Source: Fimbriimonadia bacterium
GTDB taxonomy: Bacteria > Armatimonadota > Fimbriimonadia > Fimbriimonadales > JABRVX01
NCBI GenBank assembly: GCA_041483895.1
Contig: JBGPGO010000010.1
Coordinates: forward strand, 32,001-96,000
DNA length: 64,000 nucleotides
Reading direction: 5' to 3'
The notes below the pieces were generated by a model that worked only from the letters and a program-made list of their open reading frames with translations, did not search any database and had not been told where the DNA came from. Position numbers and translations under genes: made by a program. Shown here piece by piece: positions 19,383 through 29,840 of the stretch (position 1 is the first letter of the stretch; the number at the start of each line of letters is the position of its first letter).

Positions 19383-21119
19383 ATGCGAACAAGCCTCGTC
19401 GTCGCCTTCCTAGCAATCGTCGCCCACGTCCTCGCACTCGGTCCCGAAAATACCATCATCGTTGTCAATGATGACAGCCCCGATTCCGTCGCAATTGCAG
19501 CCGAGTATGTCAAGCTCCGCCACATCCCGTCTGGCAACATCATTCGGCTGAGCGCCCTGCCAAAGGACCCTGTCATCAAAGCCGACGATTTTCGAAACCT
19601 AATTCTAAAGCCAATTCTCGACACAATCCGCAGTCGCGGCCTTCAGGATCAGATCGACCTCGTGGCATACTCGGCCGGGTTCCCGTATGGCGTCGATGTG
19701 AGTGCAGACATGGGAGGGAAGTCCTTCCCAATGTACATAACCCAGCCGGCTTCGCTCACTGGATTGACCTATCTATATGAGTTGACGCTCGCCAAAGACA
19801 TCACATATCTTTCGCTTGACGTCAACGGCTATTACCGGGCTCCAAAATCCGCCTCCAAAGATACCCCCTGGAGTGCTGAAGACCTTCAGCGACAGAAGGA
19901 CGTAGAAACGCTCTTCGCCAAATTCCACGAAGCCCAAAAGGCAAATCCGACGCCGAATGATGACATGAAGGTTTGGATGATCGGAGCCGGCGATGGCTTG
20001 CGAAAGTTAGAAGGCGCTCATCCAAATAGCCCGGATGTCTATTACAACATCGCTTGCGCGTATGCATTGCAAGGGAAGACTAAGGAAGCCATATCTGCGC
20101 TGACCGTTTCGTGCCGCCTCGGATGGTGGAGCGCGGCCCAGAGCGAATCCGATCCCGATCTGGCTTCCCTCCGGGATCGCCCGGATTTCAAGGCGTTGAT
20201 GGACCGAGTCCGAAGCGTGGTAATCGAAACCGATCCTCCCGTTCCTTTCCACGCCGCCGAGCCGATTGGCGGACGTCGATACCTTCTCAGCGCCATGCTC
20301 GCGTACACGGGAGGCATTGCCAACACCATGCCGGAAGCGCTCGCGTCGCTCCGAGCCTCCGCACTCGCGGACGGGACAATTCCAAAGGGGACTGTATATT
20401 TCATGCGGTCCGACGACGCCGCGCGGACGAGTCCGCGTATTTGGGCTTTCAATTCAGCGGCGGCAGCCCTCAAGAAGTTGGGTGTCAACGCGGAGGTCAT
20501 CCATGGGGTACTCCCGCCCAACAAACAGGATGTTGCAGGCGCGGTTGTCGGCATCGCGACCTTTTCTTGGAAAGACAGCGGCAGCCACATCCTGCCGGGC
20601 GCATTCTGCGATCATTTGACAAGCTGCGCGGGCATCATGACCGGGGGAGGTCAAACTCTGTTGAGCGAATGGCTCCGCTCAGGCGCCGCGGGCTCATCGG
20701 GAACCGTCACCGAGCCCTACGCCTTGCAGCAAAAGTCTCCGACTCCATTCCTCCAAGTATTCTATGCGTCCGGCTGCACGCTTGCCGAAGCGTTTTATCA
20801 GTCGGTTTCCGGCCCCTACCAACAACTTCTTGTCGGCGATCCGCTTTGCCGCCCGTGGGGCAAAATGCCAACGCTGACTGTGAAGGGTCTGAAGTCCGGA
20901 GACACGTTGCGCGAATCGGTCGCCTTGCTAGTAACAGCAAGCGGAGCAAGCCGACTCGAATTGTACGTCGACGGGGTGCTGAAGAAGACTGTAAAGCCTG
21001 GGTCAGCGCTCACGATCGCGAGGGCATGGCTGAAACCTGGTTCGCATGAAGCAAGAGTCGTGGCGGTAGGTCCAATGGATGTCTCTGCTCGGCAAATAAT
21101 GAACTTCTATGTGAAGTAA
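19383..21119 (+). CDS. TIGR03790-family secreted protein with TPR insert
   Basis: PEN..IVVN..S.DS.AIA.EY...R, PGA..DHLTS, SSGTV.EPY, LAEAFY and VGDPLC.P motifs; YYNIACAYAL TPR. Confidence 0.8.
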   Translation: MRTSLVVAFLAIVAHVLALGPENTIIVVNDDSPDSVAIAAEYVKLRHIPSGNIIRLSALPKDPVIKADDFRNLILKPILDTIRSRGLQDQIDLVAYSAGFPYGVDVSADMGGKSFPMYITQPASLTGLTYLYELTLAKDITYLSLDVNGYYRAPKSASKDTPWSAEDLQRQKDVETLFAKFHEAQKANPTPNDDMKVWMIGAGDGLRKLEGAHPNSPDVYYNIACAYALQGKTKEAISALTVSCRLGWWSAAQSESDPDLASLRDRPDFKALMDRVRSVVIETDPPVPFHAAEPIGGRRYLLSAMLAYTGGIANTMPEALASLRASALADGTIPKGTVYFMRSDDAARTSPRIWAFNSAAAALKKLGVNAEVIHGVLPPNKQDVAGAVVGIATFSWKDSGSHILPGAFCDHLTSCAGIMTGGGQTLLSEWLRSGAAGSSGTVTEPYALQQKSPTPFLQVFYASGCTLAEAFYQSVSGPYQQLLVGDPLCRPWGKMPTLTVKGLKSGDTLRESVALLVTASGASRLELYVDGVLKKTVKPGSALTIARAWLKPGSHEARVVAVGPMDVSARQIMNFYVK

Positions 21120-21132
21120 GTCCGAACCAAAC

Positions 21133-23688
21133 CTATCGCCGAATCGCTAACGCGACCGGGCCGCCCAGCCCGGCCTGCGGAGGCTCTTTGAAAAGTGACT
21201 TCTCCTCCGGCGCGGGGAATCGGTTGCCGTAAACTTTTCGCATCGCCCCAAGGTCTTGATCCGGCAGGCCCAAGAATCGATTCAGTGGTAGGTTGCCGAC
21301 CGTAATCTCAATCGTGTTGGGTCCATGCCGGAGCAGGGACGTGATATCCACCTCGAAGGGAGGGCACCAGGCCGCCCCGGCCGCCTTGCCGTTCATCCGC
21401 ACCTCCGCCACCTCTCGCACGTCGCTTAAACGCAAAATGGCCCTATTCGGCAACGGCCCTTCCCATTGGACCGTCGTTGCATACGTCCCCTGACCGGAGA
21501 AATATTTGTCCTTCCAATACGCCGGCGATGGCGGATCGTATGGCGCCGGCGCATCGGGGCCGGTGAAGGAAAGATGCCACGGACCGGAGAGCGGAATCGC
21601 TTCATTGGGAGGTTCTTTAGCTTGCGTCTTTGTCCGAACTCCAAACACAACAAATATGGAACCGCGGGCGGGAAGCTGAATCGCGATGGACGGTCCATGC
21701 GCAGCCACAATGTCTCCGGCAATCGGATCCCAGATCGATGCCTCTGATTTCTTCGTTGCAAACGTCGCGTGAAAGGCCGTTGGTTTGTCCGAAGCGTTGA
21801 CGAGAAAATAGATGTCGCGATCCCCCGCACGCCGATGCACAAATTCCACCTCAGGCTGATAGGGTTCCATCCGCACATCGGGCGTCAAGGTCGCGAGAGC
21901 TTTTATCAGGGATTCGCCGTCATCAGGCACCAAAATCGCCCGACCTTTTCCATATCGCTCCTGCGAGAACATGCGCTTAACCAACTCTTGCAGTTTTCTG
22001 CTATCCGAGCCACGCCCGAATCCGTACACCCGATCGGGGAATCGCTTAACGGCAATCACCGTCCCCCCGCTATGGCAAAATCGTTCCAACTTCTCCATCG
22101 CTGCCAGGTCCATGCCTGTCAAGTTGAATAGTATGATCGTCGAATAATGTCCATCTCCCGCAACCAATTTGCCACCGTGCACCTTGGCGATCCGATTCAT
22201 CGCCCAAAAATCGATACCATCGAAATCAAAGCCTTGTGTGATCAGGTTGTGGATCAGATTCGAATGATGCCGCAAGGCATTTCCCAACCCAAATTCGCTT
22301 GTCGGCTTGCCTGTCACTAAACTGTCCCGAAGCGCAAAATCCAGGAGCATCCCATCCATCGGCCCCTTCGCCAAGCAGTCCTCCACGGGAAGATACACCG
22401 CAACCGTGGCCGTCGGTTTGCCCTGCCGCAGCATCCATTGACAGCGGTTGATATAGTCCACAAAATAGTGAAAAACCGGCCACTGCGGGTTATTCTGGTT
22501 CATCGTCGGACCATAGTATGGCTGCCAACCCGGTGCGCCGGCGGAACGGGGCGAATAGGGAAAATCGACGCCGGTCAGATCGTTCACTCCACCCAAAAAG
22601 TGAAAATCGCTGAGCAGTTTAAGATCGCTGAGAGTATCACCCAATCGGTTGGGGATTCCTGACCAGGTCCATGCCTCCGCACCGATAATTCGCTTGCCGC
22701 AAAGGTGCGCCGCCGATGCCATATAACGAGATGGGTGATAGCCCTTCCACTCATAGTGTTCGCCAGTCGGCTCGTCGATATATCGCGCTGCGGTCATTGG
22801 GTTGGGCGGCATGCCATACGCCTCCATCTCCAACTTCACATGATGCTTTTTGGACCACTCACCGACTGTTTTGGTGAACTGCTCTTCCGTCATCTCCGCA
22901 AGCGTGCGCCAAAAGTCGAATCGCAGGTCCTTATCACCATCGAACAGACCTGCCAGATGCGAGGTGATATCAGATCCCCGGCTCTGGCGAAAATATGACG
23001 GAAACGCATCTGTCCAATTGGAAGCATATACTTCTAAACTGTCGCACCCAATCGCTTCCACCAGACCCGGCGCCGCATCCACCAACGGCTTTACCGCCTT
23101 ATCCAAATACATGATCGCCGCATCTCGGCTGTAGTGATCGAGCACCGGACCTTCGCTGCCGTACGCCGGGCGCTTGACACCCATCCGCGTCGGACCAGTG
23201 ATGAACTGCGAATCCCCATCCCTCGCAATCAGCTTCTCCCCCTCGCCCAACTTCTCCCCGATCTTCCCGACCCGGATCCGTTGCGCCGCGTCATCGCCAG
23301 AAACCCAAGGCCCACCAAACGGCCATCCTGTGCCGCCATTCACCCCGAAACGAAGTCCAAGCTCCTTCGCCTTTCCCGCCGCATACCGAAACGTGTTCAG
23401 GAACTCCTCGGACAGGTACTTCTGGTTGTGGATACCCAGCGCGGGATCGTCGAGCGCCACCGGGTACATAAAGTAGGCCGTCACTCCACCAACCCCGGCC
23501 TCTTTCAAGAGCCCCAACTGATAGTCGATCTCGCTCGGTGTCCAAGCCGGCCCAAAAATCCGCCAATACATCCGCATCCGCGCCTCGTTCGGAACGGTCT
23601 TGAATCCTACCGCCATGGGATCAGACGACTGAGCGGCAGCGGTAAGGAAGGCGAAGGATACTGCGGCCAGTGAAAGGATTGGCGTCAT
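21133..23688 (-). CDS. Secreted glycoside hydrolase, GH106 alpha-L-rhamnosidase-like
   Basis: P.EAR..MYW, GTGWPFGGPWV, DSLEV, ASAAH..GK....AEA motifs; C-terminal W.PPF.VDIT..L..G.N beta-sandwich. Confidence 0.85.
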   Translation of the reverse strand: MTPILSLAAVSFAFLTAAAQSSDPMAVGFKTVPNEARMRMYWRIFGPAWTPSEIDYQLGLLKEAGVGGVTAYFMYPVALDDPALGIHNQKYLSEEFLNTFRYAAGKAKELGLRFGVNGGTGWPFGGPWVSGDDAAQRIRVGKIGEKLGEGEKLIARDGDSQFITGPTRMGVKRPAYGSEGPVLDHYSRDAAIMYLDKAVKPLVDAAPGLVEAIGCDSLEVYASNWTDAFPSYFRQSRGSDITSHLAGLFDGDKDLRFDFWRTLAEMTEEQFTKTVGEWSKKHHVKLEMEAYGMPPNPMTAARYIDEPTGEHYEWKGYHPSRYMASAAHLCGKRIIGAEAWTWSGIPNRLGDTLSDLKLLSDFHFLGGVNDLTGVDFPYSPRSAGAPGWQPYYGPTMNQNNPQWPVFHYFVDYINRCQWMLRQGKPTATVAVYLPVEDCLAKGPMDGMLLDFALRDSLVTGKPTSEFGLGNALRHHSNLIHNLITQGFDFDGIDFWAMNRIAKVHGGKLVAGDGHYSTIILFNLTGMDLAAMEKLERFCHSGGTVIAVKRFPDRVYGFGRGSDSRKLQELVKRMFSQERYGKGRAILVPDDGESLIKALATLTPDVRMEPYQPEVEFVHRRAGDRDIYFLVNASDKPTAFHATFATKKSEASIWDPIAGDIVAAHGPSIAIQLPARGSIFVVFGVRTKTQAKEPPNEAIPLSGPWHLSFTGPDAPAPYDPPSPAYWKDKYFSGQGTYATTVQWEGPLPNRAILRLSDVREVAEVRMNGKAAGAAWCPPFEVDITSLLRHGPNTIEITVGNLPLNRFLGLPDQDLGAMRKVYGNRFPAPEEKSLFKEPPQAGLGGPVALAIRR

Positions 23689-23778
23689 GAATCCCAATTT
23701 CGACCAGACGCGAGAGGCAACCTTTTCGCCCGGCAGGAAAACCTAGCAACCGTCGAAACCTGATGGCGGAACCAGATA

Positions 23779-24789
23779 ATGATCGCCGCCCTTCTTCTCT
23801 GCGCACTTGCAGCAACCGGCCAGGACGCCGTCTGCCGAACGTTCGTCAATACACTTGACCTCGATCCATCCAAGAGAGAAGCTTGGCAACGTTCTTGGCG
23901 GTCATTTGCGGCGGCGATTCCCGAAACCTACGATCTTAGCTTCCTCACGAGTCTCTCCCCAAAGGTAGCCACAAATCATTTTGAACAGCTATTCGAAGGC
24001 TCCTTGGGTAAGTTGGACGGTGCGTTCGCGTCGCCGGAACTCATCGAACCGGTGGTCGGCAGCCGCGGGATGTACGTCCTTTGGATCAGTTCGTACCCAA
24101 CTAGAAATCAGAAGTGGGAATGGGCCGAACAATTGATCTTGTTTTCGAAAGTCGGAAAGACATGGCGGTCGTATCTGCTTCAGTCGGCCAACGACCGTAT
24201 TCCGTTCCTGAGCGCCACCCCGCATCTCGTTGGGTCCAACTTAATTCTTGCAGGAGCATTCGAGGATGGCAGCAACTTCAGCAAGGTTGGGGCCGGTGTG
24301 TGGAGGCGCACGAAATCCGGTTGGAAAAGCATGGGGCAAGTGTATCTTTGGAATCGCGAAAGCGCCAGCTCCACCGAATACCCCATGCGCCGCGGAATGC
24401 CGATCCAGGTGTACGCGAGGGTAGAGCCACCTGATCTCCCTGTCCCCCACGCTGGCCCTTATTTGCAGTATAAATCGATCCTCACGCTCCGCAACGGACA
24501 TCCCCATTTCGGTCCCTTCCAACGGGTTGAAAATGCGCTCGCAGCTCTGAACGACCTGTTTCGTAATTGGGGTACGCGCCGGGCCCGGAGGATGGTTGGC
24601 TCAAAGATTATCGCGAGTATGCTGGACATGCTGTTTTACAAGTTCCCAATGTATATCGGCGGCGATCCGGGTGGCACGGAGTTCGAGTTCCCCGAATGGC
24701 AAGAGATTCTTCACTTCGACCGAATCCATGGGCGCTGGATCCTGACCTCTATCCGATCGTACACTCCGAGATGGAGTCCGAGTTGGTAG
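23779..24789 (+). CDS. Secreted hypothetical protein (tandem paralog A)
   Basis: Signal peptide; shares AG...DG.N....G..W....W and H.GP...Y.S with the next ORF. Confidence 0.7.
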   Translation: MIAALLLCALAATGQDAVCRTFVNTLDLDPSKREAWQRSWRSFAAAIPETYDLSFLTSLSPKVATNHFEQLFEGSLGKLDGAFASPELIEPVVGSRGMYVLWISSYPTRNQKWEWAEQLILFSKVGKTWRSYLLQSANDRIPFLSATPHLVGSNLILAGAFEDGSNFSKVGAGVWRRTKSGWKSMGQVYLWNRESASSTEYPMRRGMPIQVYARVEPPDLPVPHAGPYLQYKSILTLRNGHPHFGPFQRVENALAALNDLFRNWGTRRARRMVGSKIIASMLDMLFYKFPMYIGGDPGGTEFEFPEWQEILHFDRIHGRWILTSIRSYTPRWSPSW

Positions 24790-25802
24790 CGCTGATCATT
24801 CTTATCCTCCAATTTGGAGCAAACCCGCTATTGACCGCGTGGCCCACGTTGCTACATGGGATCGAAGCCAAACATCCGGCGGCCGGCTGGCAAAGCGTGG
24901 CGACGGCCCTGCCAAGAGCGATGGACTTTGACGACCTTACAAAGTTGGGAGAAAAAGCTGCCGGTAAGAGACTCGATGCAATGTTCAAGAATCTGATCCA
25001 TTCAGAGGATCGGTTGGTGTTGGCTGACTACGAGGGCGGTATCAGATGGGCGGATCGAGAACGCAACACCGCCGTTATTTGGTTGTTCGCGTCCAGCAAG
25101 AAGGTGATGAGTCTGGCATCCATCGTGGTATGGAGGAAGGGTGACATGTGGTTTGGACAACGGCTGAATTCAACCTTGTATTCAGAACCGATGCTCATCG
25201 GCAATGCGGCCCGCGAAGGGCAATATCTGTCGTTAGCGGGCCAATACTACGACGGAGGCAATTCTCCATCCGCCGGCCTCGAGCTGTGGAAACTTCAAGG
25301 GAATCATTGGAAGCAAATGCAAATGATGGCGACGAAGATGGAATGTTGGGAGCGCCCCGATTTTCCCGTGGTGGATGGCAGGAAATCGATCAGCCCCGTG
25401 CGGGTCGAGACGCGCACCGACGGTCAACTGATTGGTATGGCTCACATCGGCCCGCGGATCACTTATGAATCTATGTGGACTTTTCGCCATGGAAAATATC
25501 ATCAGGGTTCTTACAGGCGGCGCAAAACCGCGGTAGCGACCTTGGATAACATCGCCAAAGCAACGCTGCACGGGAACTACAATGAGGTCCGGCGGAGATG
25601 CGCGAATTCGAAGCTTTCGAAGCGAATCTACGATTTCTTCGTGGATGCACAGTCTAACATGGGGAATCCGCACGATGTGCTGGTTCGGTCGCCGAATAGT
25701 ACCGTGTCAGACGATTGTAGGGAACTTTGCCTCGACGATGATGAGCGGGTTCTAACGTTCCGAAAACGCAACGGACGTTTGATGCTGGTATCATGGCGAT
25801 AG
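24783..25802 (+). CDS. Secreted hypothetical protein (tandem paralog B)
   Basis: Probable TTG start after GGAG (alternative ATG at 24771); hydrophobic N-terminus; motifs shared with the previous ORF. Confidence 0.65.
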   Translation: MVALIILILQFGANPLLTAWPTLLHGIEAKHPAAGWQSVATALPRAMDFDDLTKLGEKAAGKRLDAMFKNLIHSEDRLVLADYEGGIRWADRERNTAVIWLFASSKKVMSLASIVVWRKGDMWFGQRLNSTLYSEPMLIGNAAREGQYLSLAGQYYDGGNSPSAGLELWKLQGNHWKQMQMMATKMECWERPDFPVVDGRKSISPVRVETRTDGQLIGMAHIGPRITYESMWTFRHGKYHQGSYRRRKTAVATLDNIAKATLHGNYNEVRRRCANSKLSKRIYDFFVDAQSNMGNPHDVLVRSPNSTVSDDCRELCLDDDERVLTFRKRNGRLMLVSWR

Positions 25803-25812
25803 GATGATCAAC

Positions 25813-27132
25813 CTAGACATAGTGGGCATCATGACGCCACGAAATAGTCCACTTTCCATTCTTCCGCACGAATAGATAGGTCGCCGATGCGCCGTGCTCC
25901 GTGGGCCCAAAGTTAACCCTCAGCACCGCATTGTCACCGCTGGCGGAAAAGCCGGGAAGATACACCCAAACCCATGGCGCGCGGTCCTTGCCTAAGAAGC
26001 TGCCGATCGGCTTTTGGGTCCGCAGCGACACGTAGCTTGCATTCAATTTGAGGCTGGAAAGTGACATCGCCCCGGGATTCCGCCGCATTAAATCTCGGCG
26101 CATTTCCAGCGTCACATCCTTCGCCTGCTCGGCTTTCAGGTCCGAGTTCATTTGATCATCCTGAATGCCGGAGTATTCTCCCAGCGTTTCATTGACCAGC
26201 ATGACGATGTCGCCCTTTCCGGCCTGTTTCCAGCCCGGCATATCCTCCTTCGATCGCTTCAGTTGGTCAAGGGCTGCCACCTCTATGATAATTCGATCCG
26301 TGTCAGACAGTTTTGCCTGCTTCAGCCAAAGGGTCGCGTTTTCCTTTTGCCTCCTGGCTTTCATCTCTTCAAATTGCTTCCGATCGGCGGCGCGCTCCTT
26401 CTCGATCTCGTCTTGCGATCTGCCTTTGCCCCCGGCCTTGCGGATCATCTCCGCACCTTCGGAATTGTAGTTGTTCAATGCGGACTCGACCGGGGTAACC
26501 GATCCGCGATGGGTCAAATTTGGATCCGCTCCTCTGTCAAGCAGCAGCCGAACTGTCTCGTTGAATCCGTTGTAAGCCGCGTGCATCAATGGCGTATCTC
26601 CACCGCCACCATTGATATCCGCTCCCTTAGACAAGAGCAGCTTGACCAAGTTGTTCTGGCCATCGTTCGCGGCAAACACCAACGCAGTGTCGCCGTACAT
26701 GTTCCTTTGGTCTGGCTTCGCTCCACGATCAAGCAGCATTTTTGCAACTTCGAATTTGTGAGATGACACTGCACAAATCAGTGGCGTGAATCCATATGCG
26801 TCTCGTTTTTCAATGTCCGCCCCATGATCGAGCAGCAATGTCACCGTAGGCTCATCGCCGGCAGTCACGGCGAGGATCAGGGCAGTGTCCTTCGGGACGG
26901 ACTTACCGCCGCCGTCGTCGGTCGCTACGTTGGGCTTCGTGAGAACCAGTTCCCGCGCGTTCGGGTCTGCCCCCTGGCGCAGTAAAGTCTTTGCGGCAAC
27001 CGTATCATGAGCCTTCACGGCAGCAATCAACTTGGCGTTCAAGGGATCGGTGCCCGTAGTAGATTGGCCGGTTCCCAATACCAACAAAATCGCCGTACAC
27101 CCTATATATGCGTGGGCTGCTTTCATTGTCAT
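25813..27132 (-). CDS. Secreted ankyrin-repeat protein
   Basis: Several G.TPL/TAL..A....LL..GAD repeats. Confidence 0.9.
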   Translation of the reverse strand: MTMKAAHAYIGCTAILLVLGTGQSTTGTDPLNAKLIAAVKAHDTVAAKTLLRQGADPNARELVLTKPNVATDDGGGKSVPKDTALILAVTAGDEPTVTLLLDHGADIEKRDAYGFTPLICAVSSHKFEVAKMLLDRGAKPDQRNMYGDTALVFAANDGQNNLVKLLLSKGADINGGGGDTPLMHAAYNGFNETVRLLLDRGADPNLTHRGSVTPVESALNNYNSEGAEMIRKAGGKGRSQDEIEKERAADRKQFEEMKARRQKENATLWLKQAKLSDTDRIIIEVAALDQLKRSKEDMPGWKQAGKGDIVMLVNETLGEYSGIQDDQMNSDLKAEQAKDVTLEMRRDLMRRNPGAMSLSSLKLNASYVSLRTQKPIGSFLGKDRAPWVWVYLPGFSASGDNAVLRVNFGPTEHGASATYLFVRKNGKWTISWRHDAHYV

Positions 27133-27264
27133 CTCTCGCTCCAATTATACGCATTCTTCTGTCTCGTAATCTGCCTCATATTGCTGTCCCAGGTCAAGCG
27201 ACGAAGTGACTAGGCGATCGGTTCCGTGCCCAAGTGGTAGACTTTGCGGGCGGAAGGAACCAGA

Positions 27265-27714
27265 ATGCTAATCAAAACCACCTGTCCGTCCTGTGGAAAA
27301 GAGACCCCGACCAGCAATCGGGTCTGCGAGTGGTGTGGGGCGAATCTCTCGGGAGGCCCGGCGCCGGCCTCGCGCCCACCCTCCGCGCTGCCAAAGGGCA
27401 AGACGCCGGGGAACACCTACATTTGGGGCGCCTTTGCCCTTGCAATCGGCGGCCCCATCCTACTCGTTTGGCTCTGGCTGGTTGGCCTCATGCCCACTTT
27501 AGGCGTCGGCATCCTCGCAGTCGTCAGTTGGGGCGTGGCCGGCGACATGCTGCGCCGATCGCGCCGGTTCAAGTTCTGCGCAAAATGCGGCGGCAAGGTA
27601 GTGATGGACGACGTTCAGGAAATTCGCAGCCAATTCGATAACGAAGTGCAAGGATACGAATATCGCCTCCGATGCATTCGCTGCGGCGCAATAAAGCCAA
27701 TCGTCGACGCATAA
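27265..27714 (+). CDS. Zinc-ribbon membrane protein
   Basis: CPSC/CEWC at the N-terminus, two TM helices, CAKC/CIRC at the C-terminus. Confidence 0.75.
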   Translation: MLIKTTCPSCGKETPTSNRVCEWCGANLSGGPAPASRPPSALPKGKTPGNTYIWGAFALAIGGPILLVWLWLVGLMPTLGVGILAVVSWGVAGDMLRRSRRFKFCAKCGGKVVMDDVQEIRSQFDNEVQGYEYRLRCIRCGAIKPIVDA

Positions 27715-27718
27715 AAGA

Positions 27719-27743
27719 ACCCCCGGGGACAGACCCCGGGGGT
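27719..27743. terminator. Stem-loop between convergent genes
   Basis: acccccgggg-acaga-ccccgggggt. Confidence 0.6.
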
Positions 27744-27771
27744 GGGAGGTAAAGCAATCGGTAGTACCATG

Positions 27772-28758
27772 CTAATTTGCTCCGGACATGCCAAAGTTGA
27801 TAAACACGATATTCATGTCCGGAAGATCTACTAATCCACTGCCATCCAAATCCGCATTCGGATCGGAAACGCCGAACGAGATAAATACCGAATTCAAGTC
27901 CTGTATATTAACCGAATTATCACCGTTGGCGTCCCCATTCATTTGTGTAAAGCTGATCAGATTGGGACCGGGCAAAATGACAGGATTCGGTAGCGTCTCC
28001 CGCAGCCAGTGAGAGAACTTAACCGACACGTCCCACGTTCCTTCGGCAACGACCCCTGCGTCATAGTTGCAGAGCACGTCTAACGTGATCGGATAGCTGT
28101 GCGCCACAGTTGTCGTCCCAGGGTACCGAAATTCCAGATTGGCGCTGTACCCCGCCGAGCCAACTTCGAGGCCATCCAAACAGATGTTGCCTGTCAGGGT
28201 TGGCGGATCGTTCGCCGCGGTCACATACATGTCGTCCGCCAGAAATATGGGACCCCAGTCGCTGCAGGTCGGCGGCTTCTTGTCGTAATGGATCACCACG
28301 CTGTTGAACCCCTGAGTGGCGCTTAGCGACAACGTAACAGTTGGCCAAACGCCCTCCGATCCGATCGCCGTGTTCGACGCGACGAATACGCCGTCCATAT
28401 ATCCCGTTACCTTCATCGTCCCGGTCGGATCGCAGTTGTATTCTTGGATCGCGCACAAGATCGAAATGTCGGTCAACCTTCTTGAAAACAGGATGACGAG
28501 ATCGGCTTGGAATACGCTGTTCGGGTAGATGCAAAAGCCGGAAAATCCGGCTGGCGTAAAACCAAGTGCGTCGGCCTGCTGAATAGAAAAGTTTTGGCCC
28601 GTCCCAGCGAAGTGGGCCGAGATGCCGTTCACGGTCAGATCGATGGGAAGCGAAGTGTGTATCGGGGCGTCATTGAAGTCGAACAAGGCGCTTTGCGCGC
28701 CGGATTGCATAGATAGCAGCCCAAGAGCTGCTACGAAGAGAAGACTCCTTGGTTTCAT
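27772..28758 (-). CDS. Secreted protein with C-terminal Ig-like and dockerin-like domain
   Basis: GTWDVSVKFSHWLR..., GDANGDNSVNIQDLN, ADLDGSGLVDLPDMN; C-terminus homologous to 10290..11255. Confidence 0.85.
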   Translation of the reverse strand: MKPRSLLFVAALGLLSMQSGAQSALFDFNDAPIHTSLPIDLTVNGISAHFAGTGQNFSIQQADALGFTPAGFSGFCIYPNSVFQADLVILFSRRLTDISILCAIQEYNCDPTGTMKVTGYMDGVFVASNTAIGSEGVWPTVTLSLSATQGFNSVVIHYDKKPPTCSDWGPIFLADDMYVTAANDPPTLTGNICLDGLEVGSAGYSANLEFRYPGTTTVAHSYPITLDVLCNYDAGVVAEGTWDVSVKFSHWLRETLPNPVILPGPNLISFTQMNGDANGDNSVNIQDLNSVFISFGVSDPNADLDGSGLVDLPDMNIVFINFGMSGAN

Positions 28759-28848
28759 GGTTTGCCAACTCCTTTGTTGGACAAGAAGTGACATCGCTGT
28801 CCAAAAGGATGTTAACATGCGATGATGGTCTGTGTCTGTCGATTAAAG

Positions 28849-29619
28849 TTATGACAGAGGCCTGCGGTCAGCCCGCTGCTGTCTCGCAGTCTGTTTCTGC
28901 CGGTTCCAGGTGTGATCCCGCGGCGTCTCCAGCTTCCGGCCCTCGCCGTAGAACCCCATGATGTAGGCACGGCGCGGCTGGTCGGTGGTGTTTGGGCCCG
29001 CGTAGTGGAGCGTGCGGCAATGATGCAGCGTCGCGCCGCCGGCTGGGATGGGGCATGCGACCGCCCCCGTCGTGTCGATCTGATCTACCTCCAGCCCATG
29101 GATTCGGGGATCGTTATCGATACAATGATGCGGCAAGACGGCCAAACGGTGGCTGCCTGGCAGGAAATGCAGGCAACCGTTTTCCACCGTCGCCTTCTGC
29201 AGCGGGATCCATACGCTCAGGGCCTCGTGGTCGAACTCTTCGGACCAATAGGCTTCGTCCTGGTGCCAGGGGGTTGGCGCGCCGTGACCGGCCGGCTTTA
29301 GGATGGCATGATCGCCGCCATAGTGAGCCGCAGGGCCGAACAAATCCTGGGCGATCTCAAGCGCCTTCCCCCGAAATGGCGCATCCAGCAGCTCCGGAGC
29401 GTATTTGCTCGGCGATAAGATCTGTGGCAGCCCAGCCACGACACCCTCCTCGTCCGCTCCGGCAAGATCGAACTGATCGCCCGCATCGCGTCCGGCCTGC
29501 TGAGAGAAGATCCGGTCGTACGCTTCCCGCATGAACGCAATTTCATCGGCTGACACGAGCAATTGGATGACGAGGTAGCCTTCCCGATGAAAGAAATCCA
29601 TTTGTTCTTGAGTTAGCAT
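28849..29619 (-). CDS. Phytanoyl-CoA dioxygenase (PhyH)-family Fe/2OG enzyme
   Basis: F..EGYL, PWHQD, WIPL..AT.ENGCL..PGSH and TLH.AGPN motifs. Confidence 0.92.
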   Translation of the reverse strand: MLTQEQMDFFHREGYLVIQLLVSADEIAFMREAYDRIFSQQAGRDAGDQFDLAGADEEGVVAGLPQILSPSKYAPELLDAPFRGKALEIAQDLFGPAAHYGGDHAILKPAGHGAPTPWHQDEAYWSEEFDHEALSVWIPLQKATVENGCLHFLPGSHRLAVLPHHCIDNDPRIHGLEVDQIDTTGAVACPIPAGGATLHHCRTLHYAGPNTTDQPRRAYIMGFYGEGRKLETPRDHTWNRQKQTARQQRADRRPLS

Positions 29620-29840
29620 CGTTACTCCTGATCGGTCAATTGGAACCAATTTCCGTCCGGATCGGTGAAAACCGGACAGCCGCCGTCGTCATTAATGGCT
29701 CACGAACGAAAATTTCAATATGCCGCAATTTTGCCCTTGCGAAGGGATCGTACCGAATTTGCGAGGAAAAACCGGGAAACTCTTCACACGGCTCGACCGG
29801 TTTGTTACAATGAGAGGACGACTTTGCAGGGGGTCAGGAC

